A stretch of 64,000 bases of DNA. Source: Batkoa obscura (taxonomy: Eukaryota). The position numbers and the translations under genes are program-made. The notes below the pieces were generated by a model. That model was not told the origin of the DNA and ran no database searches. It saw only the letters and a list, made by a program, of their open reading frames with translations. Location of the stretch: NCBI GenBank assembly GCA_030770535.1, contig JASVEC010000014.1, positions 310,001-374,000 on the forward strand. The letters are read 5' to 3'. How positions within the stretch are numbered: the stretch's first letter is position 1; the number at the start of each line of letters is the position of its first letter. Positions 1 to 12,611 of the stretch are shown here, one piece after another.

Positions 1-843
1 TCAGCATCCAAGATATTATAAATTTATTAAATCATTAAACTGGTTATTACTAATTGCAATAGTTTTAATTTAAAGTAACTTTTTATTTTTAGATAATTAG
101 TGGATTGCTTAGTGAAAATAACGATTTATGTATACATGTTATTCTACTTGAAATAAAGTTGTATATAGATGATTATAAATTAAAAGTCTACAGCATTATC
201 TTGAATATGTTTGTATTAATTATGGCTTTATTATTAGATAGGCCTTTTATATATCTGGTAAAATAAAATAACCTATATATAATGCATAAAATATATGGAT
301 AGAAGAGTGCAAGTAGGACCAATTTTTTATACGTAATACGTATATTTTCTATGCTATTGCCTATGGTCAATTCTCAACTGTATTGAAAATAACATATTTT
401 GTCATTAAATTTAAAAGTTATTTCAATATAAAATAGTATTTCAATACTAATAAATACCTTATTCTTACCAAATAAACATTAGTAATTAGTCACTTGCATA
501 TAACATTGTTTCCTAGTTGAGATTTTTAATTTTTCGATCTAAGCAACATTTCAGAAATTATTGCAAAAATTAAATTAAACCAATTTTATTCTTCAATAAG
601 TATAATCTTGACTCATTAATTTACTATTCAGTTTAGATTGAAACCCATTTAATTGGCTTTCCAATTTGAAAAATTGACAAATGCCGAACAATTGCAATTT
701 TTCTATAAAAAAAATGTAACGAATAAAAAACGAAACAGCTAAACAAATGCAATTAAAATATCTCAAAGCCACTTAAAAAAAATTAAAATTTTTACTTTAA
801 CGAACTAACCAATTTTGTAACAATAAAAAAATTATAATTAACA

Positions 844-2181
844 ATGGCATCATTATCCAGGTCCAACGCGACCAGTATGAAACCAAAGAAAAAATTAAAT
901 CGTAATAATCCTAGTTTAACTATAGCAGCAAACATCGACAATACTGCTGCCATTGCTAGCCCTGACAGTAACTTAGCTATTTCTCAATTGAAAGGCCATG
1001 CTCCTGTAGACTATTCCCCATACTTAAAAACTTCCACCAAAGCTGAATATGAGTTAAATCCTACCACCATTGAAACGGTTAAAAAATTAGGTGAAGGCGC
1101 TAGTGGTACAGTTTGTATGGTGAGATATATTCCAAATGGAACGATCTTGGCTAGGAAGGTAAGAGTTTATTATTTTAATAATTTAAATAGAGTATATTTT
1201 AAATTTTAAATTTACAAATATCAGTCTGTTCCAGCAGACCCCGATCCAGCAGTTCACCGCCAAATCATCAGAGAACTAAGTTTTTTAAGAACATGTAACT
1301 CTGCGCATATAGTTAGTTTTATGGGGGCTTATTATGATGAAGAAGACTCTTCTATTGCTATGTGTATGGAATATTGTCAAGGTGGCTCATTTGACGCTAT
1401 TTATAAGAGGGTATTTGCGAAAAACATGTCCATTGGAGAAGGGATTCTAGGCAAAGTTTCAGAAGCAGTAAGTTTTTTATTGAATTGTTAGCAAAGTGAA
1501 AAGTTGAAATTAATTTTAAACTTAGGTTTTAGAAGGTCTTGTTTATTTACATGATAATAGAATCATCCATCGAGGTAATTTAATTGTTTTTAATTATATT
1601 CAAAGATATAGTATTTTGCTTTTATTTATTTTTATTAATGAATTTTAAATTTAGATGTTAAACCATCAAACATTTTAGTCACAGGCGAAGGCCAAATAAA
1701 ATTATGTGACTTTGGAGTATCTGGAGAATTGGTGGATTCTATGGCAAGAACTTTTGTGGGTACTTCTTATTATATGGCAGTAAGTTTATAAAGAACATAA
1801 AAAATCAACCCCATTTAAATTAATCAATAATAATAGCCTGAAAGAATCCAGGGGTATGGATATGCAGTCCAAAGCGATATATGGTCATTAGGTTTAACGA
1901 TATGTGAATTAGCAGAAGGCCGATTTCCATTTCCTGGACCTGGAGAACCTAGATTAGCGATTGTAGAATTATTGGATTATATAGTACGTATGCCAGCACC
2001 TAAATTAAATTCAACAAAAGGGTTTTCAAAAGAATGTTGTGAATTTGTTAATGATTGTTTAATTAAAGACTCAAATTTAAGACCTACACCAGCCAACATG
2101 TTAAAATCAAACCCATTTGTATTGAGATCAAAATCAGTTAAATTGAACTTAAAACAATGGATTATGGAAGTTTGGAGATGA
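844..2181 (+). CDS. MKK1: MAP kinase kinase, Mkk1/Pek1-like (cell-wall-integrity MAPKK), 5 exons
   Basis: Exons 844-1158, 1225-1467, 1526-1574, 1655-1779, 1837-2181 joined at GT-AG sites give [62 protein letters not shown] and DIWSLG. Confidence 0.9.
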
Positions 2182-2320
2182 AAAGAACTGAGTACTTTTT
2201 AAAATTTCAGTTAATTTATAAAATTTTAAAATTTATCGATGTTTTGAGATTATTAATAAAATTGTGTTATTATTTTAAGACCAAAGATAAATAGATTCTA
2301 TTTTCATTTTTACTTATACT

Positions 2321-2947
2321 TTAATTTATTATTTTATCAAACAATTTTTTGAACGTTTTTAAATAAAATTGATAATCTTTTTCTAAAAAACAACATAATA
2401 TTATCCTATCTGGTATCTCATCACCATTTTCTACTCTCTCCAATAACCATTCAATTAATCCATTTCCTACCGTATCCGCTGCAGTATCCGAAGGAAACCC
2501 ATAGATACCTGTTGATATGCAAGGAAATGCAATACTCTTCATTTCATCCTCTATCATTCCCAATAAACAATTTTTATAACAATTCATCAACGCTTTCTTA
2601 TCCATACTCTGTGGTCCAACTGTATGATAGATAAATTTACTAGGTAAACTATATCCAAGTGTTTTTTTATACTCTCCTATAGAACAGGGGGCTTGGTTAA
2701 TACATTCGGTCAATAGTTGCCTACTTCTGGCAGCACGAAAGATAGAACCGCATACCCCACCCCCTGGGAGTAAGTCTTTGTTAGCGGCGTTAACTACGAT
2801 ATCTACATTCTGTTGGGTGATATCACCAAGTTTTAAATGCAAAATAGTTAGTATTGTTTTATATTCTTTAGGAAGGATGTTAATAGCTTCAGTGGAGAAC
2901 TTAGTTGATAGTAAGGTGTATATACTATGTTTAGTGGCTATGGACAT
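2321..2947 (-). CDS. MacroD-type macrodomain protein (ADP-ribosylhydrolase / O-acetyl-ADP-ribose deacetylase)
   Basis: Intronless. Motifs GDIT, IVVNAAN, GGGVCGSI, HTVGP, SIAFPCISTGIYGFP; first ATG at 2947. Confidence 0.9.
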   Translation of the reverse strand: MSIATKHSIYTLLSTKFSTEAINILPKEYKTILTILHLKLGDITQQNVDIVVNAANKDLLPGGGVCGSIFRAARSRQLLTECINQAPCSIGEYKKTLGYSLPSKFIYHTVGPQSMDKKALMNCYKNCLLGMIEDEMKSIAFPCISTGIYGFPSDTAADTVGNGLIEWLLERVENGDEIPDRIILCCFLEKDYQFYLKTFKKLFDKIIN

Positions 2948-3102
2948 TTTAAAAATAAAATTGAGTGCGAATAAGAACAAATAAAATGGAGTAAAAAATT
3001 TGGAAATGAATCAAATCAATTGGTAAAATAATAGTATTATTAATATAATAAAAATTAAAATATGTATATATAATAATAGCAAATTTATTTAAACTAGGCC
3101 CT

Positions 3103-4152
3103 TTAATAATCGCTCTCCCTCTTAACATTCAAATTAAAAAAAGCTCTCCCCATCACCTTTAATTTTATTCTATCAACACAGCCCTTACCGACCCCTTCTG
3201 TTTTATGATATTCTGGACACTGTCCAACTATGTACAATGTATCTCCCTTATCACCTCCAAACTCAAGATTAGTAGGTTTAATAATATTCAATCTAACCTG
3301 ACCCAAAACATTCCCCTCCTTATCAAACACCATAACTTTTCCTTGCCCATGTCTAGTAACAAATAGATTCCCTTCTATATCCGTACGCATACCATCGATA
3401 TCATATTCAACGCTGCCGTCTACTTCTTGAAAATCAATAAATTTTTCTTTCTCGGATAACTCGCCATTTGTTCCATCAATAGTATACTTCCAAATCACCT
3501 GAGATGATGGTGCTCCTCCTTTGTTAAAAGATTCTGATACATAAAGATATCGGTCATCAGGTGATACCTCAATTCCGTTGGTACGACCTAGCTTTAATAA
3601 CCTTTTAAAACTACCAACATTTGAATCACATACCCATACATCTCCATCGCCTATTTTATTATCCTTAACAAATTTCATACCAGAAGTATAAATAAATTTC
3701 CCATTATTAGTAATAGCTAAATCATTGGGTTGTAATAATTCATCATCTTGACATAGAATAGAGCTCTCTATTTTGTCAATATCATTATTGGCTAGCTTTA
3801 ATTTTAATATACTATGTAATCGAACATCCCCTGTTACCAATTCTGTTCCTGATAGAAAGCGTATACTATTGAACCAAGAATTAGAATCATTATGAGCATA
3901 AAATAGACTGGAATGGGTGATTGAACCTAATTGGTGTAATGTTGTGTTACTACCATAGTCTACTGCATAAAGAGTACCATCTGGAGATACTCCAGTACCT
4001 TCAATATAAGGACCAAAAGGACTAGTTTCACTAGTTAAATAGGGTTTAGCGGTTAGATCAAATGATTGACCATTTAAATTGAGGGAGTTTAATAAACGGT
4101 TGGCGTTTAAAAGGGTGGGAAGAAGAAGAAACAAGCTCTTGAATGAATACAT
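3103..4152 (-). CDS. Secreted SMP-30/gluconolactonase/LRE family beta-propeller
   Basis: Signal peptide; IEGTGV, PNDLAI, TNGIEVSPD, DGMRTDIEGNLFV and PTNLEFGG motifs; intronless. Confidence 0.85.
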   Translation of the reverse strand: MYSFKSLFLLLPTLLNANRLLNSLNLNGQSFDLTAKPYLTSETSPFGPYIEGTGVSPDGTLYAVDYGSNTTLHQLGSITHSSLFYAHNDSNSWFNSIRFLSGTELVTGDVRLHSILKLKLANNDIDKIESSILCQDDELLQPNDLAITNNGKFIYTSGMKFVKDNKIGDGDVWVCDSNVGSFKRLLKLGRTNGIEVSPDDRYLYVSESFNKGGAPSSQVIWKYTIDGTNGELSEKEKFIDFQEVDGSVEYDIDGMRTDIEGNLFVTRHGQGKVMVFDKEGNVLGQVRLNIIKPTNLEFGGDKGDTLYIVGQCPEYHKTEGVGKGCVDRIKLKVMGRAFFNLNVKRESDY

Positions 4153-4484
4153 ACTGTTTTGTTAAGTAATAAAGAGATAAAACTAAAAAAATTGGATTTA
4201 ACTTTTTTTTGAAATGGTTCTTGTTGAGTTACGTAACAAGATTATTTGAATTAGGATTTAATTAGACTGGGAAAAAATTAATTGCATAATATAAAGTGAT
4301 ATGATTTTAATAATATCATCAAATAGATATTAATATTTGCAAAGAAAATTAAATTAAAATTTGTTTTTCATAGAAATATCGATACAGAGCATAATTATCT
4401 TATTTTAAATTCCTTTAGATTTTTTGAGTTTTCATCGAATTTATTATAAGAACACATAAACTTAAAATTATACTATCTGTATAT

Positions 4485-4580
4485 GGAAATGTATTTTTGT
4501 GTTTAAGAATTTTACTAACAATCTTTCCACTCAAATAGCGCTTAAAAGATAGAAAAAGTGAAGTCAAAAAAAACACTCCC
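4485..4580 (+). mobile_element. ~95-bp MITE, copy 1
   Basis: Matches the family consensus; flanks ATAT/ATAC. Confidence 0.85.
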
Positions 4581-4896
4581 ATACTGTATTTTCAACCCTG
4601 TCACTGTATTAAATTGGTAAGATAACACATTTTTCTCTATTATTTAATTTAGTAATGTGTAATTTAAATACTCTCTTCTATCTTTATCCAGCAAGCAAAT
4701 TGAATAGACAGTTATAATTTACTAAATCAATTTACAAACATCAAATTCAACTCTCATTTACCTCATTCTAACATTAGTCCGAATTTAATTGGTTCAACTG
4801 CTAAGTTATTCTAGAAAAATCATAATCTTAAAAAAAATAGCACATAAAAAGCATTATTAATTTTTTTATATTTACTAAGTGATAAAATAATTGAAA

Positions 4897-5978
4897 ATGG
4901 TACGAGCCGCGCCACCACCACCACAACCAGAAAATGAATTAGTTCTATTTTATAAAGGAATACCCTTGTTAACACGTAGTATCTTAACTTTATCTATTAT
5001 CATAAGTTTAGGTTGCCATTTAAGATTATTTGAATATGGCTGGTTTATGTATAATTGGCATAGTTTGTTTTATAAATATAGGGTAAGTAAAAAGAGATTA
5101 GGATATTTATAGTATAGAAAAAGGAAATAGGATAATAAAGAAAATTGAATGATTGAATGCTAATTATATAAAATTTTAGGTATGGACTCCAATCACCACC
5201 TTTATGATCTATGGTGTTAATATGGGCTTTTTGTTTGATATGATATTTCTCTATCGTTATTCATCTACTTTAGAAATGAGTAAATTTAGTGGTAGACAAG
5301 GAGATTATGCTTATTTTTTAATGTTACTTATGGGTACAAGTTTGGTAAGTTTATAATGGAATTTACCTCTTAGTTTTTTACATGATCTGATGAGATGATA
5401 TTTTTTTAACACACTTTTTTTAGGCCTGCATGAAATATATCGGTACTCCAATCCTATCTTCAAGTTTATTATTAGCTATTTGTACCTTATGGTCATTTGA
5501 TAATTCAGAACAAAATATTTCATTCTACGGCTTGATTAATTTTAAAGTAAGTTATTCTATTATTTCATACCTATAAATCATCCATAAAATACAGAAATTC
5601 AAACTAACCTTACTTCTTAGGCCAAATACTTCCCCATCTTTTTAATAACTTTTGAATTTATTCTCTCCGCTGCTGTTCCATATCCATCATTATTTGGTTT
5701 AGCTTTTAGTTATGCTTATGATTTTTTAATCAATCAATTTGTCATCCGCTATGGTTATAACTTATTGAAAACTCCTATTTTAGTGTAAGTGGTTTAACTC
5801 TATTTTCGTAAGAGCTATAGGTAGTTGACTAATTTTATTATCCTTTTTTAGTGAAAAATTGTTCCCTAATGCAGCACCTCCCCCAACTCCAGTAGGTAGA
5901 CAAAGTCAAGAACCTATTCCAGGACCTGCCCCTCAAGGTGGTTATAATTGGGGCAGAGGAAATAGGCTGGGGAGTTAG
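4897..5978 (+). CDS. Derlin (Der1/Dfm1-like ERAD rhomboid pseudoprotease), 5 exons
   Basis: IPLLTR, RVW, YRYSSTLE and KAKYFP segments across GT-AG introns; C-terminal SHP-box-like YNWGRGNRLGS. Confidence 0.88.
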
Positions 5979-7035
5979 AATGATAGTGCTAATAAATGAT
6001 CTATGGTTTTCTAATTGTTTCGAAAGTTTTTGTTTTGAATCTCAGCTTTATTACATATACTTTTTTTAAGTGAGAGCTCTAATTATTATAATTATAAGTT
6101 TCAACAAAAAGTCCACTTTATCGCAAAATTTACATCAAGTTTCAATTTTTAAACGAACATTTTATATTGATTTCAAATTAAACATACAAGTTTTACTTAT
6201 TTCAAGTTTTATCTTGATTTTTATTATTATAACAATACATTCTCCTTTAATCAAAGTTCTGCCTAATATAATTTTATATTTAAAAAAGACAAGAGTGATA
6301 TTGAATTCCTCATTTTACATCAAATATCCTTTGTAGAATACAAATATCATCAGCAACTGATTAACAAAAGGATGGTTTATCCCAAAGCTCTGTTTCTAAA
6401 AAACATTAGCCCAAGCATGTGATTTGGCTACGGGGCCTGCCAAATATTATTATCCAAGAAATTTCTGTATATTGGCTAATCAAACTTTAGAATTATTATC
6501 AAAAGCTCCTCTTGATCTCATAACTAAAGTTCTTACAAGAAATCTTAACTTTATAATACTAATAAGGCTCTTTGTCAGCACAGTTATTAAATTCCTAGTT
6601 GATCATGGGCCATTGACTGATCTCTTGAGAAGTTACAATGATATGGCGCGGAGGCTTGACCTAGTGTGACTAGTAATAAGAGCTAGTTTAGAGGCAGCCT
6701 TTGAATTGTTTATTATTAATTGAATAAAGAGTTTAGTTTATCATCAACATTATTGAGTCACCTCATTTTTTACTAATTACTAGTACATTAAGAAACATTA
6801 AAGTGGATGTATGTTTTTTTGAGAATTTTTTATAAAAACTTAAAGATTAAGTATGTAATTAAAATATTATATAGATTGAAAAAATAAACTATATTAAAGA
6901 AATAAAAGAATAATAGGATAAGCTATAAATATGAGATTGTATTATATGAAACAAAAGAACAAATTCAAAACACTCTAAATTCAAAATATTCAAAAAAGAA
7001 AGATCACTCCTCATTATCAAGGACTTGATTGAAAA

Positions 7036-8337
7036 TTAATTATACTGTTCGCTAAGTAATCTTTCTATCTCTTCTTCTTCTTCTACTATCACATAAGATT
7101 TTGCCATTTTGTCATAAACCCAATTAAATGGATAAGTAAAAAAGCTATAAATTCGACTCATCATCCCTTTGATTTTAAAATTCCAAGCTTTGGGTTCAAT
7201 AATTCTATCGGGTCGTATACGATGCATATCATCAATACATATATGTAATAAAAACTATATAAAAATATAAAAACGGTTATATAATAAATAAATAACAACT
7301 TACCAAAGTAGAAAATAATACAGATAATGTACATGACGATGTAATCATAAACATAATAATCTGTTGATATTTTACAGCATCCGAGACAGAAGACCCCCCA
7401 AGTATTTGGCCCGTCATCATACCTACAATATATTAAAACCAAGTCTTTTTTAAATTGAAAACAAAAGTTTACCTGGTATTGATATTAAGCCGATAATACT
7501 ATAATAAATGAGATTAATATTATTTACTTTTTTATATAGAACCTATTAATCCTTACCTCATTGAATTAATTGTAGGTAATAAAGCCAATTTAATAGATTG
7601 TTTTAATAACAAATTAGTAGCCTCTAATCTTGAAGCGCCCATCGAAAGATAAACTTCAATATTAGCGGAATTTTCACTACATAAATATCATTTTAATATC
7701 AAGCCTTAACTTTATTTAAAAATAAATTTACCTTAATTCTTTTAAACAAAAGTTAACGGCAACAGCCACTGCAGACATTGAGTTTCCAATCAACATACCA
7801 AAAGTAGGGATAAATTTATCTGGCTGCCAAAAAGGATCCACTTGAATAGCGAATAAATTTCCTATTTCATCGATTTAGATTTATTAAAATAGAGTAAATA
7901 CTCAATCAACTTACCTGCAATAGCAATTCCAATACAACTTGATGTTAATGACAATAAAACAAAAGGCAACTAAAAAAGCTTCATTAGCTTCTATCCTTTT
8001 TTTAAAAAGATTATCAAAAATAGTTTACCATAAAACTGAATTGCCTTCTTGTCTTGGAATAAACTAACTCAAAACTAGCTAAACAAGTTAAACAAAATGC
8101 TAACATTATTACAATTATTGGACTTGTAGTCCCCAATACTTGATCCAATACTGTACCCATTAAAGTGAGTTGTAATATACATCTTAATCCGGCGATAATG
8201 AGTTCAAGTGATAAACCAAGGTTTAAGATGAATGAGAGGATAATGGGGAAGAGGATGAAACCAATAGAATAAAGTACATTGTACCAGGTTAAAACTTCAT
8301 CCTCTGAAGACGGTGGTGTAGTGTAGTTATTCGGCAT
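7036..8337 (-). CDS. UPF0014 family membrane protein (YbbM/FetB, plant STAR2/ALS3-like ABC permease), multi-exon
   Basis: Spliced product has RCILQLTLMG, FIPTFGMLIGNSM, YLSMGASRLEA, LLPTINSMSIIGLISIPGMMTGQILGG and AVKYQQIIMFMI. Confidence 0.88.
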
Positions 8338-10472
8338 AGATTTTGTAATTTATTTATTGAACAGATTAATTACTATAATTAAACTAAGTTGTAAGTATTG
8401 TTATATGAAAATGACAAAAAAATGAAACAAATAATTTTATTAATTTTTGTTAAATTCAAAAGTTTGGAAATAAGCTGAAGTTTTACCGCTATAGAAAAAA
8501 AGTTGGAAATTAGAAAAAAATTAAATTTGCTTTTTTTAGGAAGTTAGAGATTACTCATTATTGATTGGAGATTTTTCTAGTGATAGTGATTGATTATCAA
8601 TAAAATAAGTTAGTAGAAGTCTATAAGGTTTTTCTATTAGCAAAAAAGTCGCTAATTCTATATAACTAGCAGTTGATAGTATTTCTATTGATATTCTTGA
8701 ATCAGTGTTAATCTCTGTATTTTTGTTAGACCGCTTTATGTTTTATTTTATATTCTAAAATAAGTTGGAAAGCTTTTTCAATTATTATTGAAATCTTAAA
8801 TACCTATCTATTTTATCAATTTCAATCACAAACTTACACCTTTTTGAAATGTATAAAATTCCGATAATTTAGTAATTATAAGCAAAAATTTAACAAAATT
8901 AAATAAAAGTTATAGGAATAAATAATGACTAAATCTATGCAGTTATTATTATTTCAATTTAAAATACTTACAATATCTTTATAGAACATTTACTTCCAAT
9001 ATCTATAACAAAACTGAGTTCAATTTTTTTATCAAATTTTTATTTTCCAACTATGAATAACTGCAAGGAAACAACATAGAATTCTTAGGTATTGTAAATA
9101 TACTAAAATATATAAAAGGAAAAATATCATTTAAAAGTAACTAAAGTACAAGCTCAGAATAGTAGAACTAACATTGTAAATTTGTATATATTTTTATTAG
9201 GAAAAGCTAGCAAAGTATTGATATTGTTTGAATGTAATAAATGTTGATAATGAGAAATAGTATGATAGTTGAATGAGCGCATGTATTCAATCTATTTACC
9301 TGTGTATTAGTTATCAAGAAACTAATAAGCGCTAATTAACTTTTGATTGAGATTATTGGTTTCTAATTTAGTAGCTACTATTTATTTCAGTCAAGCCAAT
9401 ATAACAAATGTGATAATATCAACCCTTTGAACGTCACTAATTTTCATAGAATTTGTCTACAGTTAACTCCCTAGGATGAAACTGCGAAAAATAACATTTA
9501 GTCAGCACAACATTTGATCAACACAGCTGCTGTAACCCTATTGAACTTAGTTTTCGGTAACTTTTATAGCTAACTATTTAGTTTGTTTTTTAAAGCATAA
9601 TATAGGCTTTATATTATTTAGCAAAATCTTATCCTTAGACGAACAATTAACTAGGTTTGATAGAATTACAGTAGTTGTAAAATCTAAAAAAATTAGCCAA
9701 ACTTGCACTTTATTGGTTAAATGTTACTCTTGAACTGAGAGGATATATTCATATTAATCGTTTAATAGCTTAAAAAGGGTAAGCAAGATCAAATTAGTGA
9801 TAAGAAATTTAGCACTTTTAAAGTGTAGTTCTGATGACTGAGGAGTTTCAAAGAATTTCGTTAATCAAAATTAAAAACTTGATATTGCTCTCATAAGCTA
9901 TTTAGTATTAAAAAATAATATATACTCTTTAAAGCATCTTAGTGCGCTAATCGTCAACATAATGAATACTTGATTTTATTGAGAACATTTGGTAAAAATA
10001 ATGAAACTAAAAAAACATTCCCTTATCCTAATATATCAATTGTCATTACATAATACCTTTTCTTTATTAGAAAATCAATTTGATCTTTCTAAAATACCAA
10101 GACTAATTAAGTTGGAATATTGAAAATTAATAATTTAATAAAATATTGTTACTTCTGAAAAACTATAAGGTAATAAAACATAACTTTCAGTCCTTTAATT
10201 TTTCTTTAATATTCTCTAAATATATTATTATTAAACTGAATTGAGATTTTTACATTATACTATACTATTAAAAATTACTATTCTTTAAATTTTTTATATA
10301 ATTTAAATAAAAGCTAAAGTGTATTTCTATATTTAAGTTGGATTTTAGATAGCTGATGTCTTTTGTAGCCCTCATTCTTGTTTATATTTATTTTCTATGG
10401 CCTTATTTAAATGAAAAAATTGATAGAAATTTAAAAAAATAATTTGTCTATATTTAGTAATTTTTTATATAT

Positions 10473-10566
10473 GGGGATGTATTTTTGTGTAAGAATTTCA
10501 CTAACAATTTTTCCGCTCAAATAGTGTTTAAAAAGTGGAAAAAACAATGAAGCCAAAAACACCCCC
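10473..10566 (+). mobile_element. ~95-bp MITE, copy 2
   Basis: GGGG...CCCC ends; ATAT/ATAT flanks. Confidence 0.88.
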
Positions 10567-11053
10567 ATATATTAATCTTAATTTCGTGAAATTTCAAACT
10601 GATTTAGCATAATAAATAATAGCTAAATCCACGAAACTAATAAGATTTTAAAATTCAATACTTTACTGTATTATTCAATTAAATTTGTTATTAATAACTT
10701 ATAAAATTAAAAAGAAATCAAGTTAATGAATATTACCTTTAATGATAAGAATTACTGCTTTTTTTGAAAAACAATTTCAAATATTTAAAATGGAAATTTA
10801 AAACGTTAGATATTCTCAATTGAACATAAAAAATATTTGAATTGAATGAGAAAAATAAAGTAAACTTAATAAGCTTAATAAACTTAATAAACTTGGACTT
10901 AATTATCCCTATTTTGCTAAACTTTAACAATGATCATCGATTATAAATCTCTAAAATTACTTCATAAAATTTGTCAATTTTTTTGAAATAAAACTCTAAT
11001 TATTATTAATTATTTTTCTTTTTATAAAATTTTAATCTAATATACTTTACTAC

Positions 11054-12230
11054 ATGTTATCTCTTTACAATCTTACTATACTTTTAATACTTCACCCCTT
11101 ACTTGCCCAATCCCCCCTCAACAACCTCACTAACATCATCAAAGATCGTCCACGGTATGATTCCCGCATCATTAACGGTGTAGAAGTCAAACCCTTCTTT
11201 AAATATCCGTGGATGGCTGCCATACGACGCAATGGAGGTTCCTTTTGTGGAGGTGTATTATTGAGTGAAACTTATATGATAACAGCAGCCCATTGTTCCA
11301 AATCTGGAAATAATCGAGAATTTAAAATCTTAGCTCATCGACATAATTTAAAAATGAGTAATGAAAGGGAAAATGGATTTTCTTTAGAAGTAATTAAAAG
11401 GACAGTACATAAAGAGCATGATAGTAAGTTTAGTAACTGAAAATTATTAATGAATGAATATTAATTTATTATTATTAGTTGCTATTTGGGAACTAGAAAA
11501 GAATACAAATTTTCGATTAAATAATAAAATTCGATTAGCTCCATTAAATGATCATAGTAGTGTGCCTGGTGAAAATAGTAATAAATTAGTTACTGCTTTA
11601 GGATGGGGTTGGGTAAAAACAGGAGGTCCAGGTTCATCTACTTTAATGCAAGTAGAAGTACCTTTAGTAGAACAATCCAAATGTCATAAATTATGGAATA
11701 AAAGAGGAGTGGATATTAATATTGATACCCAGGTGTGTGCTGGTTGGCCAGAAGGTAGAAGAGGTAGATAAATTTCTTAATGGGAATGTTAATATGATTT
11801 TAATTAATTATTAGATACATGTAAAGGAGACTCTGGTGGTCCTTTATTTTATGAAGAAGATGGACAATATTATTTGGTTGGTCTAACGAGTTTTGGTGAC
11901 CCATGCGCAAAAGCAAATACACCAACGGTAAGTTTATTTTATTATTAAGTTATTAATATTATTTGATATATATTAATACTTAACTATTTTAATTATTTAG
12001 GTTTATGTAAGAGCATCTTATTTTGAAAGTTGGATTAAAGAACATTCTAATTTAAGTTTAAATCTGCAACAACAAAATCCAATTTCTATTGATCAGAATG
12101 ATAATTTAGATATTAATATCAATGACAAGAATAACACATCAATGAAAAAAGAACCGAATAATAATGATAATGATAATAATAATCCAATTCATACTCCCAT
12201 CGCTTATTTAATGAGTAATACTAATGTTTA

Positions 12231-12231
<1 letters not shown>
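11054..12231 (+). CDS. Secreted trypsin-like serine protease (S1A), 4 exons, Asn-rich tail
   Basis: Signal peptide, R|IING activation site, CGG, TAAHC, DIAIW (formed across intron 11424-11478), DTCKGDSGGP; last intron 11928-12000. Confidence 0.9.

Positions 12232-12270
<39 letters not shown>
12232..12270. repeat. (AAT)n microsatellite
   Basis: Run of AAT units directly after the trypsin stop codon. Confidence 0.9.
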
Positions 12271-12342
12271 TTTAATTAAATAAAAGTAATAATTTAAAAA
12301 TGAAAGTTATTTATAAATTCGACATTTAACATAAAAATATAT

Positions 12343-12435
12343 GGGGTTGTTTTTTTTCATTATTTTTCCATTTTTTAAGTGCTATTTATGTGGAAAAATT
12401 GTCAGTAAAATTCTTAAATACAAAAATACATCCCC
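12343..12435 (-). mobile_element. ~95-bp MITE, copy 3
   Basis: Reverse orientation; ATAT/ATAT flanks. Confidence 0.88.
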
Positions 12436-12611
12436 ATATAATATTAAAATAAAAATTAATATTTAATAAAATCAAATTTATTTTTAAATGATTAATCTAT
12501 TATTTGATACTATTAATAAGAAGGAGATGGTTAAGTAAAAAAGGAATACTTGAAATTTAAATCAAATCAATTAATTTAAATTAACATTAATAAATGATTA
12601 AAAAAGTACAA

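Noticed and set aside
188..370. Short AT-rich ORFs from the track (also 6070, 10739, 29287, 32708, 37036, 40157, 47045, 51408, 55005, 58931, 58942)
   Set aside because: I/L/F/K/N-rich composition expected from random AT-rich DNA; no motifs; several use non-ATG starts
2778..2984. Antisense ORFs (also 16453, 18391, 19469, 19882, 20826, 24809, 26704, 28343, 41599, 63201)
   Set aside because: Shadows of well-supported genes on the opposite strand
6330..6750. Relatively GC-richer patch containing an 81-aa ORF; possible LTR or TE relic
   Set aside because: No matching termini, TSD or recognisable protein motif found by eye; unresolved without BLAST
6805..6832. GGATGTATGTTTTTTTGAGAATTTT resembling the MITE left arm
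   Set aside because: Too short and no right arm, so not counted as a copy
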